A DNA stretch of 64,000 bases from Escherichia coli (GCF_036507355.1 NZ_AP027877.1); one strand, 5' to 3'. Counted from the stretch's first letter, positions 11,299-20,198 are shown. Made by a program: numbers and translations. Notes: generated by a model not told the origin, from the letters alone.

Positions 11299-12069
11299 TT
11301 ATCCTTCGAAGTCCCGCAAAGCTCCGAAATATTTCGCGTCATTGGCTCTGAAAGCAATATCAAGACAGTGGGCAAAATAGCTTTCCTGACTGAGTTCACT
11401 GACTGCTTTCTCCTTCATCAGGACTTCAGCGTCGCAGATACAGCCCATCAATCCCACCTGTACATCATCCACCCGATTCATCTCCGGGTTGTCAGTAAGC
11501 CTGCGTTCTGGTGAAAAACTTCCTGATTTCCAGTTAATCTCACCATCACGGTCTAACCAGCTCCAGAACAACGCAATATCAGTAAATGTCGCCTGCTGCT
11601 CGTTAGTCAAAACATGTGTGAACAGTAAAGGGAACACCCGATTATCATAGTAACGCAGCAATCCGGTCTGTTCTTCCCACTGAACCTGTGACAATACCTG
11701 AAGATGCCGCCCCAGCAGGTCGAATGTAAGAGGGGATATCAACAAAGTAAGACGCGGCGTATCAGCAAATGACGCCATCAGTTGTGCCAGAAATTTGCGA
11801 TGGCTACTGAGCGCAAAGTACAGGCGTAACACTACAGGGGAATACTCCATCGTCTCAGCTTCAGGCGTTCCTTCAAACAGGGCATACCAGTGAATGGCTG
11901 GCGACAGATGAAGCATATCATTTTGCAAAGGTTGGTCGGTTCCAGCCTGGTCAACAAGCACATCTATGTAATCCAAACCAGCGGCAGAACAGAATGATTC
12001 AGCTTGCTTCAGCCAGATAATATATTTGTCTTGATCGGTAGCGTGTGGCGATACTGTTATCATTGTCAT
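11299..12069 (-). CDS. putative T6SS effector adaptor/chaperone (DUF4123-like, assigned by position)
   Basis: 256-aa ORF starting 6 nt after the vgrG-remnant stop (GGGAGA spacer acts as RBS) and preceding the Tle gene; the vgrG-DUF4123-lipase order is the canonical arrangement; domain not verified. Confidence 0.45.
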   Translation of the reverse strand: MTMITVSPHATDQDKYIIWLKQAESFCSAAGLDYIDVLVDQAGTDQPLQNDMLHLSPAIHWYALFEGTPEAETMEYSPVVLRLYFALSSHRKFLAQLMASFADTPRLTLLISPLTFDLLGRHLQVLSQVQWEEQTGLLRYYDNRVFPLLFTHVLTNEQQATFTDIALFWSWLDRDGEINWKSGSFSPERRLTDNPEMNRVDDVQVGLMGCICDAEVLMKEKAVSELSQESYFAHCLDIAFRANDAKYFGALRDFEG

Positions 12070-12075
12070 TCTCCC

Positions 12076-12470
12076 TTATCCACGAGGCGCAAAAACGGCG
12101 GCGGCTTCTTGCGCCCTTTTCAGGCACTCCTTACACACCGATTTTTCTGGCGCTTCCTCACCCTCATCGTTGTTATCATTCTGATCGGACGATGCATTAC
12201 TATCATTTTGCTCAGCCGCTAAACTTTTATCATCTGCCAGCGCTTTCAGAACCGCCGGTTGCAGCGTCGGCACCGGCGTTCCCGGACTACCGCCGCTATT
12301 GAGATTGATTTTCGGCCCGACGATGTCCACGCTCCCTGAATGGATGACCACAAACGAGCCGCCCACCTTCAGGCTTATCCGGCTGCTGCTCTCCAGCACC
12401 ACATCGCCCTCCACCTTTAACCACGCCACCGCAGTCAATGGCATCACCGGTTCTGGCGGTAGGTTTATCG
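12076..12470 (-). pseudogene. vgrG 3' remnant (second copy, DUF2345-like C-terminal region only)
   Basis: translation VEGDVVLESSSRISLKVGGSFVVIHSGSVDIVGPKINLNSGGSPGTPV is near-identical to the C-terminal region of the vgrG at 15531..17237; no upstream gp27/gp5 part. Confidence 0.75.
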
Positions 12471-12652
12471 TCGATAAAGGCGAAAGAGGTGTTTCCGGCT
12501 CTTAAGAAATATTTACGCACATGCACCAGCATTACAGAAAATAAAACCTGCGATACATTTTAATCAATAAGGTTGCTTTACCAAGCTTCCATCGATATTG
12601 ATGGAAAATTCATTAGACCTAATATGAACAGAATGTTGCTCATCATCTTTAT

Positions 12653-13339
12653 CTAATATTTGATTAACAAAAAAAACGTATTTTTATCAAATTCATAATT
12701 ATCACATCCCTCTCCACTAAATGATATAGCTCTAAAATCATATTCATTACATGAGTATCTTTTCATCAAAATAGAGAGGAATGTTTCATTAATTGATTTT
12801 AATACAAACCATTTTCTCCTAACAAGTTTGTAGTTTAATGTTTTTATATGATAATTATTTAAACTGGGGAGAAATGAATGCATATCATTCAATTTTACAT
12901 CAAAATATATTTTTTTACCTGCCGTAATTTCCACCCATCGGCTCAAATTCAAATCAAGCTCAAAGGGACAAAAGCCTCCTAGATAGTCTAAGCTAATATT
13001 TCCTGATGTAATCAAGAATTCGTCATCACACAAAGCATCAAATACATCTCCATTTCCTTTTTGGAAGTTCTTTGGATAATATATTCTGGGGAGAAAATAC
13101 GATTTAGTACTACTGTTATAAAAAGTTATAGTGGCTAAAATATTTTCAGCATGTGGCTTAACCACCAATTTAACAACAACATCATTTGTTAATTCATTAC
13201 TTATATTTTCCTCTGGCGCTAAATTATGGCTAAGATAAATAATTGGTTTCCCATTGTCACTTCTTCGTTCAAAACCGAATCTGTATTTTTTTACAAAAAG
13301 ATTCTCATTATCTATTGCAATTGCAATAGATAATGGCAA
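12653..13339 (-). CDS. hypothetical protein, candidate immunity protein for the upstream HExxH protein
   Basis: 228-aa low-GC ORF immediately downstream of the vgrG-coupled gene; start uncertain (the ORF-track start corresponds to a TTG codon); no family recognised. Confidence 0.35.
   Translation of the reverse strand: MPLSIAIAIDNENLFVKKYRFGFERRSDNGKPIIYLSHNLAPEENISNELTNDVVVKLVVKPHAENILATITFYNSSTKSYFLPRIYYPKNFQKGNGDVFDALCDDEFLITSGNISLDYLGGFCPFELDLNLSRWVEITAGKKIYFDVKLNDMHSFLPSLNNYHIKTLNYKLVRRKWFVLKSINETFLSILMKRYSCNEYDFRAISFSGEGCDNYEFDKNTFFLLIKY
13305..13336. repeat. 32-bp perfect palindrome
   Basis: ccattatctattgcaattgcaatagataatgg is its own reverse complement; overlaps the first codons of the 12653..13339 ORF. 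Confidence 0.85.
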
Positions 13340-13512
13340 AAAACAAAGAAAAAAACCATCAGTACAACATAATTTAGATTATAGAAAGCCAACCTCTTCA
13401 TCTTATTTCCCCGTCAACTCATCAAAACATTTTTCTATCTCTTTTATTTTATCCTCTACTTTTTTTGCTAACATATTCTCATCTTGAGCTTCAATATCTT
13501 CATTATTTAATT

Positions 13513-14205
13513 TTATATAAAATATCTTTCAACATTATATGCATTCTCAAATAACTGATCTTTACGCAATGTAACCAGATCATTAGCCACTGAAACATGT
13601 TTCTCATAGCTAACTTCATCCTTATTACTTGTTGCGAACTTATTAATACCCGTATAATCCTGAGTCCACATACCACCTTTTTGATTGTCACCCCAATACC
13701 AAAATATATGGGACATTTCATGGCAAAGTGTACTTACATGAGAGTCTCTACCTGTAACCGACTGTTTTATACCATGTCTGTATTCAAAATGCGCTCCGAT
13801 ATTTACAATGTAAGGAGGATCAAGATGTGGACTAATAAAAGCAGCAAATTCATTGCAGTTCGTATAATCTTTATAGCTTTCGATCGTCAAACCATTTGCA
13901 ATCGTCATTATTCGTCTGATGCCATCCATTATGAATAGTCTCGCTTGCATTCGTTTCCCAGTATCTTCCCCAACCTTTCTGATTTTTATAATGTCCTCGC
14001 CTTTAAGGCCAAAAACTTTAATAAAATCTCGTTGTTGCTCCCCCTCCCATGACATAATATCATCTGCTCTTTTCAATAAAACCATTTTCTGTGCTTTACA
14101 AGCCTTACTCATCATTATTTTAAATTTATTTGTAATTTTTTGCGGTACTACACATACTTGCGACTCGGGTTGTGAAGTCCCACTAGTATTATTATTCCCT
14201 GCCAT
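13513..14205 (-). CDS. putative T6SS cargo effector with HExxH motif (Zn-metallopeptidase-like candidate)
   Basis: 231 aa from MAGNNNTSGT (ORF-track start further upstream is IS-derived read-through); RBS GGAGGGG; start codon overlaps the reconstructed vgrG stop (ATGGCAGGGAATAA); HEMSH motif near the C-terminus; low GC. Confidence 0.45.
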   Translation of the reverse strand: MAGNNNTSGTSQPESQVCVVPQKITNKFKIMMSKACKAQKMVLLKRADDIMSWEGEQQRDFIKVFGLKGEDIIKIRKVGEDTGKRMQARLFIMDGIRRIMTIANGLTIESYKDYTNCNEFAAFISPHLDPPYIVNIGAHFEYRHGIKQSVTGRDSHVSTLCHEMSHIFWYWGDNQKGGMWTQDYTGINKFATSNKDEVSYEKHVSVANDLVTLRKDQLFENAYNVERYFI

Positions 14206-14349
14206 AATGCCCCTCCGGCTCAATATAAAAAGCATCCGAAAATAACAATTGGACTTTAATTTCCTGTGCTGTATCTGTATAAAAGTGAGGTAGCCTGAGT
14301 TTAACGGACACTCCTTCCTGAAATAGAATGGCATCAGAAGGAGCTAATA

Positions 14350-14652
14350 ATGAGCAGAAAAACCCAACGTTACTCTAAAGAGTTCAAAGCCGAAGCTGTC
14401 AGAACGGTTCTTGAAAATCAACTTTCGATCAGTGAAGGCGCTTCCCGATTATCTCTTCCTGAAGGCACTTTAGGACAATGGGTTACCGCCGCCAGAAAAG
14501 GGCTCGGTACTCCTGGTTCCCGCACGGTGGCTGAACTGGAATCTGAAATTCTGCAACTGCGTAAGGCGTTAAATGAAGCTCGCCTTGAGCGAGATATATT
14601 AAAAAAAGCAACAGCGTATTTTGCACAGGAGTCGCTGAAAAATACGCGTTAA
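14350..14652 (+). CDS. IS3-family transposase OrfA (HTH)
   Basis: 100-aa ORF MSRKTQRYSKEFKAEAVRTV... with leucine-zipper-like C-terminus. Confidence 0.85.
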   Translation: MSRKTQRYSKEFKAEAVRTVLENQLSISEGASRLSLPEGTLGQWVTAARKGLGTPGSRTVAELESEILQLRKALNEARLERDILKKATAYFAQESLKNTR

Positions 14653-14687
14653 TCGAACAATGGCGACAACAATTTCCCATTGAAGCG

Positions 14688-15506
14688 ATGTGTCAGGTAT
14701 TTGGTGTATCCAGGAGCGGTTATTACAACTGGGTACAGCATGAACCCTCAGACAGAAAACAAAGTGATGAGCGGCTAAAACTGGAGATTAAGGTGGCACA
14801 TATCCGCACTCGCGAAACATATGGAACCCGGCGGCTCCAGACGGAGCTGGCAGAGAATGGCATCATCGTTGGTCGTGACCGACTGGCACGTCTTCGTAAG
14901 GAGCTAAGGCTACGCTGTAAGCAGAAACGCAAGTTCAGAGCGACTACGAACTCGAACCACAATCTGCCAGTTGCGCCAAATCTGCTGAACCAGACGTTCG
15001 CTCCTACAGCACCAAATCAGGTCTGGGTGGCGGACCTGACGTATGTTGCCACACAGGAGGGATGGTTGTACCTCGCTGGCATCAAAGATGTTTATACGTG
15101 CGAAATTGTCGGCTACGCCATGGGAGAGCGCATGACAAAAGAGCTGACAGGTAAAGCCCTGTTTATGGCGCTCAGGAGCCAGCGCCCACCTGCCGGGCTA
15201 ATCCACCACTCTGATCGAGGTTCACAGTACTGCGCATACGATTACCGGGTCATACAGGAGCAGTTTGGTCTGAAAACATCAATGTCGCGTAAAGGTAACT
15301 GTTACGACAACGCTCCGATGGAAAGCTTCTGGGGAACGCTGAAAAATGAGAGCCTGAGCCACTATCGTTTTAATAACCGGGATGAAGCCATCTCAGTAAT
15401 ACGGGAATACATTGAGATTTTCTACAATCGTCAGCGTCGTCACTCTCGTCTGGGGAATATCTCCCCGGCAGCCTTCAGGGAAAAATATCATCAGATGGCT
15501 GCTTAA
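14688..15506 (+). CDS. IS3-family transposase OrfB (DDE integrase core; probably made as an OrfAB frameshift fusion)
   Basis: 272-aa ORF with DLTYV...HHSDRGSQY...SRKGNCYDNAPMESFW DDE signature. Confidence 0.85.
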   Translation: MCQVFGVSRSGYYNWVQHEPSDRKQSDERLKLEIKVAHIRTRETYGTRRLQTELAENGIIVGRDRLARLRKELRLRCKQKRKFRATTNSNHNLPVAPNLLNQTFAPTAPNQVWVADLTYVATQEGWLYLAGIKDVYTCEIVGYAMGERMTKELTGKALFMALRSQRPPAGLIHHSDRGSQYCAYDYRVIQEQFGLKTSMSRKGNCYDNAPMESFWGTLKNESLSHYRFNNRDEAISVIREYIEIFYNRQRRHSRLGNISPAAFREKYHQMAA

Positions 15507-15530
15507 AAAAAGAATAAATGGTAGTGTCCG

Positions 15531-17237
15531 CTATTGCCAGTACACCTCAAATATTTCTGTATATCCCTCTCTGTCTGTTTCACCACGCGTCTGTGTGCCA
15601 TCCTCAAAAAAGGCAATATACTGCGTCTCTGAATACGGTATCCCGTCATCGTCCGTAAAATGGAACTGGAGGGTATATTTTTCAGGATCATCTTCATCGT
15701 CACCGCCATCACCTCCTCCGTCACTCCCTGCGGGATTGCCACTATCCTCTCCGGAGTCATCACTGCCATCATCACTGCTCTCATCCTCCGGAGCCTCCAG
15801 CACCGCCGGCTGCATCGTCCCCACCGGTGTCCCCGCACTGCCCCCACCGTTCAGGTTTATCTTCGGCCCGGCAATATCCACTCCGCCCGGCTGAATGACG
15901 ATAAACGAGCCACCCACCTTCAGGCTTATCCGGCTGCTGCTCTCCAGCACGATATCCCCGTCCACTTTTATCCCCAGCGCGCCACTCACCTTCTCCGCCA
16001 GGTCCCCCTTCACCACCAGGCTGTGTTTCCCCTCCACCAGACTGATATGGTTCCCCGTCGTCTTATGCTCCTGCTTCCCTTCCACCGTCACTTTACGGTC
16101 GTTTCTGACGTACAGACCGTCATCGTGACTCACGCTCACCGTCCGGTCATTCGTCACCTTCAGAGTCTGGTCATTACGTACCGTGATACGCCGGTCGTTC
16201 GCCACCGTGATACTCTGGTCGTGGCCCCCCTCTTTTTTTGTACCGACCTGAACCGTCTGACCCTTCACCACCGTTATCTTCTGGTCGTTACCGATGGTTT
16301 CCGTATGGTCATGTTTTACATCCGTTGTCCGGTCGTTGAGCACCTCCGTATCCATGTTCTTCTGCGCATGGATATACACCTGCTCATTACTGGTGGCGTC
16401 TTCAAACCGCAGCTCGTTAAATCCGCTTCCTTTATAGGTTTTTGACCGTATCGTCATCTGCGTCTTCGTTCCCGGCAGGTCGCCCGGGGAGCGGTTGTCC
16501 TCATGGTACGTCCGCCCCATGATTATCGGCTGGTCCGGGTCTCCGTTCAGAAAATCAACAATCACCTCCTGGCCCACCCGCGGTATCGCCAGATTACCGA
16601 ACCCCGGCCCCGCCCACGCCTGCGATACCCGCACCCAGCATGAACTCGCCTCCGTCATCCCGTGATAACGGTCCCAGTGGAACTTCACCCGTACCCGGCC
16701 ATGTTCATCGCAGAAGATTTCCTCTCCCGCAGGCCCGGTGACAATGGCACTCTGCGGCCCGTCCACCTTCGGTTTGCTTTGCAGCCGTGGACGCCACGTC
16801 CGGTCCGCCGGTATCACCTCTAACTGATTTCCCAGCGTGGTTCCTCTCCCTTGGCTGCCGTGCAGCGCCTGCGGCTGGCTTCCTGACAGTATGCTCTGTA
16901 CCACCTGCCATTCACGGTTCAGCATCTTCTGCGGATGCCCCGTCAGCGTAAACCGCGTTCCCGGCCACAGCCTCGGCGAATTACTCTGCCCTGTGGCCTT
17001 TTCCGCATCACTGCGCAGGCTCTCCATCTGGTACAGCGTGAAATCCTTGCCGTGCTGCTCATCCTTGAACCTTCCCGGATAATCAAATATTTCATACTGC
17101 GCCAGCTGTCCGTTCAGGTTCTCACCCTGCTGCTCATACATCCCCGGCCAGTCCGGCACCTTAAACGTGTAATCCTGGCTCTGCACCGACGACGGGCGGA
17201 CATGCGCCTCATACGCTACCGCCCGGGTTTCCGGCAT
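15531..17237 (-). pseudogene. vgrG: vgrG (T6SS spike) lacking the N-terminal ~220 aa and interrupted 33 codons before its stop by IS600-like copy 1
   Basis: 568-aa ORF with gp5-like OB-fold motif (GPAGEEIFCDEHGRVRVKFHWDRY) only ~165 aa from its start, repeated VxxNDR beta-helix segments, DUF2345-like region, acidic Gly/Asp linker and a short C-terminal domain; the last residues EVYWQ are encoded by the IS terminus. Confidence 0.8.
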
Positions 17238-17294
17238 CCGCCATCTCCCTCATGAAAGCGTAACTCCTTACTGACACTCATTTTTTACACGTAC

Positions 17295-17328
17295 AAAAAC
17301 AACATCCTGCACGAAGGCAGGATGTTGT
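17295..17328 (-). terminator. rho-independent terminator downstream of hcp
   Basis: hairpin caacatcctgc-acgaag-gcaggatgttg followed on the minus strand by a T-rich tract. Confidence 0.55.
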
Positions 17329-17338
17329 TGACTCAGAT

Positions 17339-17857
17339 TTATGCTTCCAGCGGTGCACGCCAGTCATCGGCACCAGAAGTACCGGATTTGATGTGCTCCC
17401 ACTCAACCTTACGGTATGCCAGTGATACTGCGAGCAATTGCGTAAACTCACGCTGTGCAGGGTCCTGGCAGTGCGGCATGTGCAGGTTCATGTCCACAAT
17501 CGTCGCGTCAGTAAGACGTGTGGTGAAGTAGTGCTCCTGCTTGCCTTCAACTGAAGTACGCCACCAGTGCAGCTCCACTTTCGGCAGCATTTCACCGGAG
17601 GCCAGCGCGTTGTACAGCAGCGGAACGGCTTTGTTCAGCGCCACGGTGAAAATGAACGGTTTGTGCGCGCGCTGCCCGGAAGGTTGACCAGACTGTGGAT
17701 CGGTTGGAACAGTAACGTTATGCAGAAACTCCTGCACCAGCATTTCATCTTCGTGTCCCTGCACGTAGATATTGCCGACAGAATCTGCGGTGAAAGCACC
17801 GGCAGTGATGTTCCCCTGGGTCTGACCTGTAATTGAAATGTAACATGGGGTTGGCAT
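17339..17857 (-). CDS. hcp: Hcp (T6SS inner tube protein, TssD)
   Basis: 172-aa ORF MPTPCYISITGQTQGNITAGAFTADSVGNIYVQGHEDE..., typical Hcp1-family sequence and size. Confidence 0.9.
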   Translation of the reverse strand: MPTPCYISITGQTQGNITAGAFTADSVGNIYVQGHEDEMLVQEFLHNVTVPTDPQSGQPSGQRAHKPFIFTVALNKAVPLLYNALASGEMLPKVELHWWRTSVEGKQEHYFTTRLTDATIVDMNLHMPHCQDPAQREFTQLLAVSLAYRKVEWEHIKSGTSGADDWRAPLEA

Positions 17858-18559
17858 TTATGAACTCCTTGTGAAATTATCAACTGCTGTTTTACGAACA
17901 ACCCGTCGTTAATCCCCGACGGGTTAGAGTGTGATGCGGCTCACATCAGGAACCACACCCTTTTCTTTATTCGAGTTACAGGCACACGTAATTAGCACCT
18001 ACTGAAAAACTCTTTTATGGTGTTTAAATATATTTTTAGTCAATTTCAGAACACGGTCACATAAGCTAAAAATATATCAACTTCAACAGCAGAATTATCC
18101 ATAACGTATCTTCCCCCCCATAAAAATCCACAGCCGCGTCAAAAACAAATTATTACGACACTTACTCCGCCATCGTTCCAGCACGCAATTAAGATATTCC
18201 TTAAAGGAATTCCTTATGATGTATTGCCAGCAATTAATTAATTGATAAAACCATACATAAAACTTATTAATCAATTTAATAAATGCATATAAATCAATAT
18301 ATTATTGTATTTGATTGACCGTAAAATCATATTCATCAAGTCTATAAATACCAAAATCTATTTCACTATAATATATTAGCAAGGAAGAATGCATCTCTTT
18401 CTAAAATATAAATAGTTCTTTTAATATTTTATTTCATGAGTAGAATACTGATCACAACAGAAGGAAGGTTACATTATCTAACTGCCACTGAAACGGTATC
18501 TTCGGTATTTTTATGCAGTACGAAAATGCTGTGCTCATGGTCTGAACGGGAACATTTTT
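17858..18559. promoter_or_regulatory. AT-rich divergent intergenic region between hcp and the tssB stub (probable T6SS promoter region)
   Basis: about 700 bp of very AT-rich non-coding sequence between divergently oriented hcp and tssB starts. Confidence 0.35.
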
Positions 18560-18718
18560 ATGAGCAAAATGAACAACAATGGCGGCAGTGTCGCGCCGAA
18601 AGAAAGAATCAGCGTTCGGTATACACCAAAAGTTGATGGGGTGGCTGCTGATATCGAATTGCCGCTGAATTTATTGATCACCGGCAATCTGAAAGGGAAA
18701 CCAGATAACACGCCGTGA
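18560..18718 (+). pseudogene. tssB: tssB (T6SS sheath small subunit) 5' stub, 52 codons, truncated by an IS3-family element
   Basis: MSKMNNNGGSVAPKERISVRYTPKVDGVAADIELPLNLLITGNLKGKPDNTP matches the conserved TssB/VipA N-terminus; the stop codon TGA is the first three bases of the IS inverted repeat. Confidence 0.65.
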
Positions 18719-18772
18719 ATCGCCACGGGTTTAACAGACACCTCAGAGTCATTTAAGATGGCTTAAAGAGAG

Positions 18773-19057
18773 GTGCCCATGAGCGGTAAGCGTTATCCCG
18801 AAGAGTTTAAAATTGAAGCAGTCAAACAGGTTGTTGATCGCGGTTATTCTGTTGCCAGCGTTGCAACACGTCTCGATATCACCACCCACAGCCTTTACGC
18901 CTGGATAAAGAAGTACGGTCCGGATTCTTCCGCTAATAAAGAACAGTCAGATGCTCAGGCCGAGATCCGCCGTCTCCAGAAAGAGCTGAAGCGGGTTACC
19001 GACGAACGGGACATATTAAAAAAAGCCGCGGCGTACTTCGCAAAGCTGTCCGACTGA
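18773..19057 (+). CDS. IS3-family transposase OrfA
   Basis: 94-aa ORF MPMSGKRYPEEFKIEAVKQVVDRGYSVASVATRL... (HTH plus leucine zipper). Confidence 0.85.
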   Translation: MPMSGKRYPEEFKIEAVKQVVDRGYSVASVATRLDITTHSLYAWIKKYGPDSSANKEQSDAQAEIRRLQKELKRVTDERDILKKAAAYFAKLSD

Positions 19058-19113
19058 GGTACGCCTTTATCCGTGACAACACCTGTTGCTGGCCTGTTCG
19101 CCTGCTCTGTCGG

Positions 19114-19926
19114 GTGCTGGATGTTCATCCCAGTGGTTTTTACGCCTGGCTTCAGCAGCCGCATTCACAACGCCATCAGGCAGACCTGAGGCTGACAGGG
19201 CAGATTAAACAGTTCTGGCTGGAATCGGGATGCGTCTATGGTTATCGCAAAATCCATCTGGATCTGCGGGACAGCGGGCAACAGTGCGGAGTGAACAGAG
19301 TCTGGCGACTGATGAAACGTGTCGGGATAAAGGCTCAGGTCGGATACCGGAGCCCGCGGGCACGTAAAGGCGAGGCCAGTATCGTGTCGCCCAACAGGCT
19401 CCAGCGACAGTTCAATCCGGATGCTCCGGATAAGCGTTGGGTAACGGACATAACCTACATCAGGACCCACGAAGGCTGGCTGTATCTTGCCGTGGTTGTT
19501 GATCTGTTCTCACGCAAAATTATCGGCTGGTCCATGCAATCCCGGATGACAAAGGACATTGTCCTGAACGCACTGCTGATGGCTGTATGGCGCCGTAATC
19601 CCCAAAAACAGGTGCTGGTTCATTCGGATCAGGGCAGTCAGTACACAAGCCATGAGTGGCAGTCGTTCCTGAAATCACACGGCCTGGATGGCAGCATGAG
19701 CCGTCGCGGTAACTGCCATGATAATGCGGTTGCAGAAAGCTTTTTCCAGTTGTTGAAACGCGAACGGATAAAGAAAAAGATCTACGGAACGCGGGAAGAA
19801 GCCCGCAGCGATATTTTTGATTACATCGAAATGTTTTATAACAGTAAGCGTCGGCATGGTTCCAGCGATCAGATGTCACCGACAGAATATGAAAACCAGT
19901 ATTATCAACGGCTCGGAAGTGTCTAG
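19114..19926 (+). CDS. IS3-family transposase OrfB (DDE)
   Basis: 270-aa ORF with DITYIRTHEGWLYLAVVVDLFSRK...HSDQGSQYTS...SRRGNCHDNAVAESFF DDE signature. Confidence 0.85.
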   Translation: MLDVHPSGFYAWLQQPHSQRHQADLRLTGQIKQFWLESGCVYGYRKIHLDLRDSGQQCGVNRVWRLMKRVGIKAQVGYRSPRARKGEASIVSPNRLQRQFNPDAPDKRWVTDITYIRTHEGWLYLAVVVDLFSRKIIGWSMQSRMTKDIVLNALLMAVWRRNPQKQVLVHSDQGSQYTSHEWQSFLKSHGLDGSMSRRGNCHDNAVAESFFQLLKRERIKKKIYGTREEARSDIFDYIEMFYNSKRRHGSSDQMSPTEYENQYYQRLGSV

Positions 19927-20198
19927 ATTATCCGTGGCGATTCAGTTGTCAAGCAGATAGAAGCCATCTAGGTCAGGGGGAATGACTAGGAATTACTCCC
20001 CAAGGGTAGCGTACGTCTACACACATCAAATTACCTCCCGGACAGGGACATAGTAGAAATATTGTGTATTGCAATTATGGATACTGTCATCGTCTAGGTA
20101 GTTCGCCAGCTTTATAGTGTTTTACTGAATTTGGCCACCTGAGCAGAGGTGATATGGGAGAGTGATTTTCATACGCTCTCGTATGGTTTCCGGCCTGA

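Larger units (their letters stand above)
14285..15549 (+). mobile_element. IS3-family insertion sequence, IS600-like, copy 1
   Basis: about 1265 bp; terminal inverted repeats TGAGGTGTACTGG / TGAGGTAGCCTGAG; orfA plus orfB with DDE motif; near-identical to the copy at 50348..51611; identification as IS600 is from memory of its orfA. Confidence 0.85.
18716..19943 (+). mobile_element. IS3-family insertion sequence (IS3 group; specific name not assigned)
   Basis: terminal inverted repeats TGAATCGCCACGG (18716) and its reverse complement ccgtggcgattca (19931..19943); orfA plus orfB; flanking 3-bp sequences differ (ccg vs gtt), so no target-site duplication. Confidence 0.85.

Noticed and set aside
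14206-14334. N-terminal 43 residues of ORF 13513..14334 (MPFYFRKECPLNSGYLT...)
   Set aside because: The first residues are encoded by the IS600-like terminus (the same peptide appears at the other copy, 51563); the real gene starts at the internal ATG with an RBS.
15412-16445. Plus-strand ORFs of 160 and 261 aa, including a Ser/Pro-rich one
   Set aside because: Antisense to vgrG; the Ser/Pro-rich stretch mirrors the acidic Gly/Asp linker codons of vgrG.
18436-18636. 66-aa plus-strand ORF
   Set aside because: Overlaps the tssB stub in a different frame; the tssB frame has a conserved sheath-protein N-terminus, this one has no support.
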